The position numbers and the translations under genes are program-made. The notes under the pieces were generated by a model. That model saw nothing but the letters and a program-made list of their open reading frames with translations. It did not search any database and was not told the origin of the DNA. Shown here in pieces: positions 10,687-17,737 of a stretch of 20,775 bases of DNA. The number at the start of each line of letters is the position of its first letter. The stretch's first letter is position 1. The stretch comes from Armatimonadia bacterium (lineage in GTDB: Bacteria; Armatimonadota; Zipacnadia; Zipacnadales; UBA11051), in NCBI GenBank assembly GCA_039683575.1, contig JBDKRC010000011.1, forward strand, positions 1 through 20,775, given 5' to 3'.

Positions 10687-11682
10687 ATGTCTGGCAAGGA
10701 AATCAAAGTAGCAATGATCGGCTGTGGCGGCAATGCTCGCGGACATATGAGCCGCTTGCTGAAGATCGATGGCGCGCGGATCGTCGGCCTGGCCGACACG
10801 GCAGACGGCCCCATTACCGAGGCATGCAAACTTGACGCCTCCATAGCCGCCTGTCCTGTCTACAGCGACTACAAGGAGCTTTTGGCGAAGGTCGACTGCG
10901 ATGCTGTCGAGATTTCGACCCCTCACACCTGCCACTTCGACCAGATCATAGCCTGTCTCGACGCCGGCAAGCACGTGCTGTGCGAAAAGCCGATGGTCTG
11001 TCAGGTTGACCATGCGCACCAGGTAGTTGAGAAGGTCAAAGAGACGGGACTGACGTTCGGTGTCTCCTACCAGCGCCACACCATGGCGCCGTATCGCTAC
11101 TGCCGCGACCTGATCGCCTCCGGTGAGGCGGGCAACGTCTACTTCATCAGTGCCCTGCAGTCCCAGAACTGGTACCGGGGCCGCATGGAGCGCAAGGACT
11201 GGCGCGGCAAGATGGCCCTCTCCGGCGGCGGGCAGCTCAACGACTCCGGCAGCCATCTGATTGACGTCATCCTCTGGATGAGCGGCCTGCAGCCCGCTGA
11301 GGTCATGGCCTATCAGGACAACCTGGAGGCCGAGGTTGACATCCTGACCGCCATGAGCGTAAAGTTCGACGGCGGCGCCATGTGCAATATGTCCATCGTC
11401 GGCCACGCCGTGAACTTCTTTGAAGAGATCACAATGTGGGGCGACAAGCTGACCCTCGCCATTCGGGGCAATGATGTGTGGCGCTGGGCCAACGAGACCA
11501 AGGAAGTCATCAGCGGCGAGGCTCTCGGCGCCAGCTCTGATCCCGACCAGAACTTCATCAAGTCCATCCGCGGCGAGGAGACGCCCCAGGCGACCGCCGA
11601 GGACGCACTGAAGGTCATTCAGCTCTCCGAAGCGACCTGGCGGTCGGCTGCCGAGAATGCGCCCGCGCCGGTCATTCGCTAA
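10687..11682 (+). CDS. Gfo/Idh/MocA-family NAD(P)-dependent oxidoreductase
   Basis: KVAMIGCGG Rossmann start, ISTPHTCH, GKHVLCEKPM, SGGGQLNDSGSHLID; GAGGTG SD. Confidence 0.92.
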   Translation: MSGKEIKVAMIGCGGNARGHMSRLLKIDGARIVGLADTADGPITEACKLDASIAACPVYSDYKELLAKVDCDAVEISTPHTCHFDQIIACLDAGKHVLCEKPMVCQVDHAHQVVEKVKETGLTFGVSYQRHTMAPYRYCRDLIASGEAGNVYFISALQSQNWYRGRMERKDWRGKMALSGGGQLNDSGSHLIDVILWMSGLQPAEVMAYQDNLEAEVDILTAMSVKFDGGAMCNMSIVGHAVNFFEEITMWGDKLTLAIRGNDVWRWANETKEVISGEALGASSDPDQNFIKSIRGEETPQATAEDALKVIQLSEATWRSAAENAPAPVIR

Positions 11683-11713
11683 CGGGTCGATTCTCAGGAC
11701 TATCCAAAAGTCA

Positions 11714-11760
11714 GTAGGGAAGGCGGCTCGCCTGCCCGCGCGGCGAGCCGCCCGCGCTAC
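11714..11760. repeat. GC-rich palindrome flanked by GTAG and CTAC (REP-like)
   Basis: GTAG-GGAA-GGCGGCTCGCC (11722-11732), 9 nt loop, GGCGAGCCGCC (11742-11752), CGCG-CTAC; perfect 11 bp stem with no T tract. Confidence 0.5.
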
Positions 11761-11794
11761 TGTGTAGCAGACCATACTCTGGTAGTAAAAAGAC

Positions 11795-12301
11795 ATGTTT
11801 GGACGCCTCGCACGCCTGTTTCTCGGCCTCGTCTGCTTCCCGCTCCTGGGCGCCTACAGCCTGCGCTGGGTGGGAGCGTATCTACGCGACCTCGTAGCCC
11901 TCACAGGGCCCGTGCGGGGTCTGCCCATGTACTTTGACTTGATTGGCGCGCTGGCCGGCCTGGTGCTCGGCCTGCTCCTGGCGGTCCAGATCATTGGCAG
12001 CGCCATGCAGCCTGAGGAATCGCCCGTCCGGCCCGTGGCCGATAACATCCTCATCATCCTGGCTCTCACGCTGCTGGTGGACGTGGTCTTGACGCGCGCG
12101 CTGCCGGATTCGGCTGTTATCGAGTGGCTCCCGGTCGTGACGCTGGTCATCTGGACGGCCTGCGCTGCGGCCACTATGAGCCTCACTCATATGCGGCGCG
12201 ACCTGCGGCGGCAAACCGCTGCCCCGCTGCCTCCGCCGCCGGGACCTCAGCCATTGTCTCCCCCGGAGGGAACCTCTGACAGCGGCTGGCGTTCCTATTG
12301 A
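11795..12301 (+). CDS. Hypothetical membrane protein, about four TM helices, proline-rich C-terminal tail
   Basis: Four hydrophobic segments then AAPLPPPPPGPQPLSPP; fills the gap between two clear genes on the same strand. Family not recognised. Confidence 0.7.
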   Translation: MFGRLARLFLGLVCFPLLGAYSLRWVGAYLRDLVALTGPVRGLPMYFDLIGALAGLVLGLLLAVQIIGSAMQPEESPVRPVADNILIILALTLLVDVVLTRALPDSAVIEWLPVVTLVIWTACAAATMSLTHMRRDLRRQTAAPLPPPPGPQPLSPPEGTSDSGWRSY

Positions 12302-12603
12302 TGGGTAGATGTTTCTCAATTGCCTTGTCAAGACAACCCAAATCCGGTATCATCAGGGTGCCACACGCCCATTTTCCAATGGCCCGCGCTACCTAGCGAG
12401 GGCTTTTTGTCACCATTTGGCAGATGATGAAACCACGCTTTTTGAGCCTTAACCAGTCTGTTCCCGGCAGGCGCCGGCGCGGAGGGAGGCCTGATGCAGG
12501 CCCAATCCCTACTCGCGCCGTGGCCGGATGCCCTCGCGTTCACTGACCACGGCCTGCCCCGCTCAACTGCTCCAACCCTGACCTGCACAGCAAGGTGATA
12601 ACA

Positions 12604-13848
12604 ATGCCCAAAATTGAGTTCATAGACGTAACCAATCGCGATGGCGAACAGACTGCCCGCATCTCCCTGTCCAAGCTCCAGAAGACCGTAATCAACTGGC
12701 TTCTGGACGACATGGGTGTGTACCAGTCCGAGATGGGCTTCCCGCTCAGCCCCCATGAGCGCAACTACATCAACGCCAACGTGGCGCTGACCAAGCCCGA
12801 AGTCGAAAACGGGCCGCTGATGAAGAGGATCCAACTCAGCGGCTGGTCCCGCGCCGTCGCCGGCGACGTACAGAAGGCCCAGGCTCAGACCGGCATCGAG
12901 CACTTCAACCTGTCCATCTCGACTTCCGAGCAGATGCTGCAGTGGAAGTTCCGTGGCAAGTTCTCCCGTGATGACATCATCAAGATGATGGTGGACTCCG
13001 TGGTAGCCGCCAAGGAAGGCGGGGCGAAGACTGCCGGCGTTAACGCCGAGGATGCCTCACGCACCGATCTCGGTTTCTTGATCGAATTCGCCGCAGCCGG
13101 CAAGGCAGCGGGCGCCGACCGCTTCCGCTACTGCGACACCCTCGGCCATGATGATCCCGTCTCAATCGGTGAGCGCATCGGCACGATTGCCCGCGAAGTC
13201 CAGATCCCCGTGGAACTGCACTGCCACAACGACCTTGGTCTGGCAGTGGCCAACTCCTGCGCCGGCGCCGTCGCCGCCTGCGAAAACGGTGTGGATGCCT
13301 TCATCAACACCACCGTTAACGGCGTGGGCGAGCGGGCGGGCAACGCCGACCTCGTCTCCTGCGTCCTGGCCCTGCGCTATGCCGCCAACTGGCGCAACTG
13401 CGGCTTCGGCAACGACACCGTCGACCTCGCCAAGTCCTGGCGCATCGCCAATTACGTCGCCGATGCCTTCCAGGTGCCGATTCCCATCAACCAGCCGGGC
13501 GTCGGAGCCAACGCCTTCGCCCATGAGTCCGGAATCCATGCCGACGGGGCCCTCAAGGACCGCCACAACTACGAGTTGTATGACTTCGAGACCCTCGGCC
13601 GCGGCGAGAAGATCGAGATCCAGACCGGCCGTGTCATCACGACCGGCGCCCACGGCGGCGCCTCGGGCCTCGAGTATGTCTACAACCAACTCGACCTCGG
13701 CTTCCGCGATGAGGACCACAAGCGCGAGACGCTGAACCTCTGCCAGTTGGCCAACCTGCACAACCAGGCGCCGCTGACCCGCGAAGAGCTCTGGCTGATC
13801 TACAGCTACCCGCAGCTCTGCAAGCAGATCATGACCGTCACGATCTAG
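12604..13848 (+). CDS. DRE-TIM metallolyase (homocitrate synthase-like), most similar by recall to Dehalococcoides-type Re-citrate synthase
   Basis: IDVTNRDGEQTAR, NLSISTSEQM, VNAEDASRT, RYCDTLG, ELHCHNDLG, NGVGERAGNAD, AHESGIHADG; no LeuA regulatory domain. AAGGTG SD before ATG 12604. Confidence 0.85.
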   Translation: MPKIEFIDVTNRDGEQTARISLSKLQKTVINWLLDDMGVYQSEMGFPLSPHERNYINANVALTKPEVENGPLMKRIQLSGWSRAVAGDVQKAQAQTGIEHFNLSISTSEQMLQWKFRGKFSRDDIIKMMVDSVVAAKEGGAKTAGVNAEDASRTDLGFLIEFAAAGKAAGADRFRYCDTLGHDDPVSIGERIGTIAREVQIPVELHCHNDLGLAVANSCAGAVAACENGVDAFINTTVNGVGERAGNADLVSCVLALRYAANWRNCGFGNDTVDLAKSWRIANYVADAFQVPIPINQPGVGANAFAHESGIHADGALKDRHNYELYDFETLGRGEKIEIQTGRVITTGAHGGASGLEYVYNQLDLGFRDEDHKRETLNLCQLANLHNQAPLTREELWLIYSYPQLCKQIMTVTI

Positions 13849-13870
13849 GTCAGCAGACTACAAGAACACC

Positions 13871-13904
13871 AAGAAGCCCGGCATCGCTGCCGGGCTTCTT
13901 CTTT
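13871..13904 (+). terminator. Rho-independent terminator
   Basis: AAGAAGCCCGGCA-TCGC-TGCCGGGCTTCTT followed by CTTT, 22 bp after the stop and between convergent genes; may act in both directions. Confidence 0.85.
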
Positions 13905-13909
13905 GCGTC

Positions 13910-13975
13910 ATCGGGCGGACCACGGTCCGCCCCTACAACTGAGTCGCCGTAGGGGCGGACCGTGGTCCGCCCGAT
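13910..13975. repeat. Inverted doublet of GTAG-type REP elements (REPIN-like)
   Basis: ATCGGGCGGACCACGGTCCGCCCCTAC (13910-13936) and its exact 27 bp reverse complement GTAGGGGCGGACCGTGGTCCGCCCGAT (13949-13975), 12 bp apart; each unit is itself a palindrome GGGCGGACC-NN-GGTCCGCCC. Confidence 0.85.
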
Positions 13976-13987
13976 TCCCCTCGCCGA

Positions 13988-15538
13988 CTACTCGCGCACG
14001 CCGCTCAGATCGTGCAGCATCATCCCCTGGTTCTCGTAAATCAGCACGTGCTTCATGTCGTGTGTGAACGCCGGGAGCAGCATGTAGGTCAGGCGCAAGC
14101 CCATCGGGTGCGCGGGACCCCCGCCCTCGAGCGGCAGGATCATCATCTGCCACGTCGGCGGCTGTCCGATGCGTCGGAAGTAGCTCACGAAGCGCCCGTC
14201 GGGCGTCAGGCTCATGTAGTAGAAGCTGTACGGGCCCCGTGACAGCACCCGGTCCTTGGTGCGGTCGGCGGGATCGATCTGCGCAATCTGGTATTCCTTG
14301 TCCTTCGCCATCCAGCGCTGCACCAGCAGGTGCTGTCCATCCGGATGGGCCAGCACGCCCGAGAAGCTCTCGCCATTCTGCGGCATCAACAGGATCTGCG
14401 GCTCCCCGCCCGTGATCGGCAGCGACAGCAGCGGCCTGCCCTTGCCCTGGATATAGCCGTCGTAGAGGATGGACTTGTTGTCGTGCGACCATGACGGGGT
14501 GCCGATGTAGCGGCCTTCCTGAATTGTCTTTGCCTCCCCGCCCTCCTTCGCCTCCATCACGATCAGCCGGTACTTGTACTGCGGCTTGCCGTCTACTTGC
14601 TCCTGGACGTAGTCCCGGGCCATGAGGTACTTGCTATCAGACGACCACTCCATAGTGTACAGAGTGCCGTTGCCCTGGTAGATGCGCACGAACTGCTCCG
14701 GCTTGTTCACCTCGCTCAGGTACACGCAACCCGCATCGCCCCGCCCGCGGAAAGCCAGCAGCTTGCCATCGGGTGAGAATACGGGGTAGTAGCCGGTGCA
14801 CGGGTGAGGGCGCGCTGCCGTGGCATAGAGATTGTTGCTCAAAAGCCAGCTCGTGGGGCTGCCCCCGTCGAGTTCAATGTAGCGCCGCCAACTCCGCCGG
14901 GCATCGTCCTCACGGCCCATTTCGCTGCACAGCCTGCCCATCCACAGATGTGCGGTTGGAGCGTCGGGGTTGATCTTGATTGCTTGCTGCAGGTACTGCT
15001 CTGCCTCGGCGTACTTGGCCTCCAGCAGTTTCAGCCGGGCCAGCACGACCAGTGCCTCAACCGAGCGGGGATCGATAGCGAGGGCGCAGCGTGCCGCCGC
15101 CCCCGCCTCCAGCGGGTTGCGCTTCTCCAGCATGATCAGCGCCAGACCCACGTGCGCCGGAGCATGCGTCTCCTGCTGGCGCAGCGCCTGCTGGAACGTC
15201 AATTGCGCCTGCCCAAGCTGCCCAGCGTCCATCTGCAGGTAGCCCTTGCGCACCAATACGCTCACATCGCGGCTCAGGAAATAGGCGCTTTCAAGCGAAT
15301 CCACCGCGCCCTCGTATTCGTCATTGCGTTCCTGCACCGTCGCATACAGCAGGAGCGCCTCCGGAAGGCTCGGGTGCGTAACGGTCCATGACTTGGCAGC
15401 CTCCAGGGCCTCGGCTTCCTTACCGGCTGCCAGAAGCTCCATCACGCGCTGCCGCTCCGGCATCTCTTCGGCGTGGGCCAAAGCCGGCGTCAGCACAGCC
15501 AGAGTAACCGCCAACAGCGTCAGAAATCGCATCATCAT
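13988..15538 (-). CDS. Exported tetratricopeptide-repeat protein with C-terminal TolB/PD40-like beta-propeller
   Basis: Signal peptide MMMRFLTLLAVTLAVLTPALAHA; several TPR-like repeats (EAEQYLQQAIKINPDAPTAHLWMG); propeller blades PVFSPDGK, WSSDSK, PSWSHDNK, HPDGQ, TPDGR, FTHDMK. Confidence 0.85.
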   Translation of the reverse strand: MMMRFLTLLAVTLAVLTPALAHAEEMPERQRVMELLAAGKEAEALEAAKSWTVTHPSLPEALLLYATVQERNDEYEGAVDSLESAYFLSRDVSVLVRKGYLQMDAGQLGQAQLTFQQALRQQETHAPAHVGLALIMLEKRNPLEAGAAARCALAIDPRSVEALVVLARLKLLEAKYAEAEQYLQQAIKINPDAPTAHLWMGRLCSEMGREDDARRSWRRYIELDGGSPTSWLLSNNLYATAARPHPCTGYYPVFSPDGKLLAFRGRGDAGCVYLSEVNKPEQFVRIYQGNGTLYTMEWSSDSKYLMARDYVQEQVDGKPQYKYRLIVMEAKEGGEAKTIQEGRYIGTPSWSHDNKSILYDGYIQGKGRPLLSLPITGGEPQILLMPQNGESFSGVLAHPDGQHLLVQRWMAKDKEYQIAQIDPADRTKDRVLSRGPYSFYYMSLTPDGRFVSYFRRIGQPPTWQMMILPLEGGGPAHPMGLRLTYMLLPAFTHDMKHVLIYENQGMMLHDLSGVRE

Positions 15539-15627
15539 GGCTAACCTTGACACAGGGGAGTGGCGAGATGTTCCGCGTCATGCTTCTCCTAACCTGCCTC
15601 TATCAACGAGCATCGTGGGCAGGATGG

Positions 15628-15838
15628 TGTCATTCTGAGCGAAGCGAAGAATCCCGGCAGTGGGCGAGGGGGTAGCGGGAGGCGACGCGGGATCCTTCGC
15701 TATGCTCAGGATGACAGAGCGGGGAGAAGCACGAAGCAACTGACCCGGTGTTGTCATCCTGAACACAGGATGCTGTCATCCTGAGCGAAGCGAAGGATCC
15801 CCGGTGTCGGGGGATGCTTCACTTCGTTCAGCATGACA
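15628..15838. repeat. Cluster of TGTCAT-terminated inverted-repeat elements (CGTC/TGTC-type REP-like)
   Basis: Pair 1: TGTCATTCTGAGCGAAGCGAAGAATCCCG (15628-15656) and CGGGATCCTTCGCTATGCTCAGGATGACA (15688-15716). Fragment TGTCATCCTGAA at 15752. Pair 2: TGTCATCCTGAGCGAAGCGAAGGATCCCC (15774-15802) and GGGGATGCTTCACTTCGTTCAGCATGACA (15810-15838). Confidence 0.85.
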
Positions 15839-15921
15839 CACCGGAGTCCATGCCCAAGAAGGCCATTCGCCCTGCTGTCGGGAAAATGATGTCAAAGCTT
15901 TCGAAAGGGATGCACTTCTAT

Positions 15922-16707
15922 ATGAGTAAAGCGAAAATCTGGGAGAAGATGACGGTTCGGGAGGTCAGAGAGGCCCTGCACGAAACCCAGACAGTGCTGA
16001 TACCCCTTGGGGTGACTGAGCAGCATGGTTACCACCTGACCACCGACACGGACAGCCGCACCGCCTTTGAGCTCTGCCGCCGCGCGTCCGAGGCCACTGG
16101 TGCCTTCGTCGCACCGACCGTCACCTACAGCTTCTCTGGTGGCGAACTACCCGGCACGATCAACATCGACTACCACCTCGTCAGCCTGATGGTCACTGAG
16201 ATCATCCGCGCCCTGTGCGCCAACGGCCTCAAGAACATTGTCCTGGTGCTCGGCCACGGTGGCAGCGAGAATGACCGCGCCACGCAGGAAGCCGCTGAGA
16301 TGTTCTACCGGCAGCACCCGCAGTACGTCGACCGCAACGTGGCCATCTTCCGCTTCTGGCAGGGCTCAGAACTGTGCCGGCAGGCCTATGCCGACGGTGA
16401 CTACCATGCCGGGTACTTCGAGACCTCGATGATGATGTACTGGGCTCCCGACGACGTGAGGCCAGGCGAGCCCGTGCTTGATGAGGCCGAATTGGTACGG
16501 CTCATGCGCGAGGATCCCGACAACTACCAACTCAAGACGAAGGCCGTCGACTTCCCGGGCGTCGTCGAGCGCGTGTCGCAAAAGCCTGAGATACAGGTAG
16601 GCGTCATGGGCGATCCGGCCCGGGCGTCTGTGGAGCTGGGGCGAAGGATCGCTGAGGAGGGCACGACAGGGCTGGTGGAGCTAATCGGGGCCTTGGAGCG
16701 GGGCTAG
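15922..16707 (+). CDS. Creatininase-family amidohydrolase
   Basis: IPLGVTEQHGYHL..DTD, PGTI, GHGGSEN, HAGYFETS, GVMGDP motifs. Start moved to ATG 15922 (MSKAKIWEKMT) because the track start at 15814 lies inside the repeat. Confidence 0.9.
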   Translation: MSKAKIWEKMTVREVREALHETQTVLIPLGVTEQHGYHLTTDTDSRTAFELCRRASEATGAFVAPTVTYSFSGGELPGTINIDYHLVSLMVTEIIRALCANGLKNIVLVLGHGGSENDRATQEAAEMFYRQHPQYVDRNVAIFRFWQGSELCRQAYADGDYHAGYFETSMMMYWAPDDVRPGEPVLDEAELVRLMREDPDNYQLKTKAVDFPGVVERVSQKPEIQVGVMGDPARASVELGRRIAEEGTTGLVELIGALERG

Positions 16708-17652
16708 GTGACGCGGTCGCTTTTCGACCAGATTGAGAACGGGCCGGACTGGCTCGAGCATCCGGACGTCATCGAGTTCCTGCGGCGGCACGGGCTCTCG
16801 GACGTCCGGGTGCAACTGGTCGGTCCCCGCCGCACCTTCGCCGGCAAGACCTGGCCCGCCCAGGGCTTCATGCGCATGGTCGGTGTCGGCGTCCATCCCA
16901 TACGCTGGCTGCTTACGTTCGTCCACGAACTGGCGCACGTCAAGGACTTCCGCCGGCGGGCGAAAGACCTCGAGCATGAGTTGGGTCGCCCGCTGGAACA
17001 CGGCCGTCGTGACGGCCGCCGCGTCTGGCAGATGGACCGTCCCCACGGCCAGCGCTGGCGGCACGAGTTCATCAAGCTCGCCACTGCCGCCGTCGAGGCT
17101 GGGCTCTTCCCCGGCAACGAAGATCGCGTGATCGCCGTGGCCGAAGCCGGTGAGACGAGCCTGGACCACGTGGAACTGGACCTCTGCGCCGACGCTCGTG
17201 TCTGCGCGGAAGACCTGCGCCGGCTGGATGAGGCGCACCGTCGCCAGATTGAGCGCGCTCAGCGCCAGACGGCTGACTTCAAGAGCATCTTCAAGGTGGG
17301 GCAGGAGGTCCATTTCGACGCGGGGGCCAGACAGGGCGTCGTTACCGGCACATTGATCCGGATCAACCGCAGCACCTGCACGGTCGAGGCCAGTGCCTAT
17401 CGCTGGCACGTCCCGCACGGGCTGCTCAAGCCCGGCGCCTCACCGCCCGGCTCCCGCAAAGGCAAACTCCCCCCCAGCCGCCGCGACCGTTTCAGCCCCG
17501 GCGACGAGGTCTACTTTCGCTACGATGGCCTCCGTCACGAGGGCAAGATCGTGCGGGTGAACCGCAAGACCTGTACGGTCGAGACCCTCGACGGCAAGTG
17601 GCGGGTGGCCTTCAGCCTCCTCAAACCCCTCCGCAAGCCCACTGCATCCTGA
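16708..17652 (+). CDS. SprT-like zinc metalloprotease domain (HExxH) fused to two SH3/KOW-like repeats
   Basis: LLTFVHELAH followed by PHGQRWRHEF matches the SprT HExxH...HGxxW pattern; two ~46-48 aa C-terminal repeats. GTG directly follows the upstream TAG. Confidence 0.7.
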   Translation: MTRSLFDQIENGPDWLEHPDVIEFLRRHGLSDVRVQLVGPRRTFAGKTWPAQGFMRMVGVGVHPIRWLLTFVHELAHVKDFRRRAKDLEHELGRPLEHGRRDGRRVWQMDRPHGQRWRHEFIKLATAAVEAGLFPGNEDRVIAVAEAGETSLDHVELDLCADARVCAEDLRRLDEAHRRQIERAQRQTADFKSIFKVGQEVHFDAGARQGVVTGTLIRINRSTCTVEASAYRWHVPHGLLKPGASPPGSRKGKLPPSRRDRFSPGDEVYFRYDGLRHEGKIVRVNRKTCTVETLDGKWRVAFSLLKPLRKPTAS

Positions 17653-17737
17653 TCAGGCGCGTTTTCGCGCTCAGTCTCTAGCCTCAGCGCCTTCCGCGCT
17701 ATACTGTCATCCTTAGTTTCTCCGTTAGGAAGTCCGA

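Noticed and set aside
10684-11796. 370 aa minus-strand ORF
   Set aside because: Antisense shadow of the Gfo/Idh/MocA gene.
15578-15766. 62 aa ORF containing VILSIAKDP and GILRFAQND
   Set aside because: Translation of the palindromic repeat, not a credible gene.
15628-15838. Possible CRISPR array
   Set aside because: Units alternate in orientation, are degenerate and irregularly spaced; no cas genes in the window.
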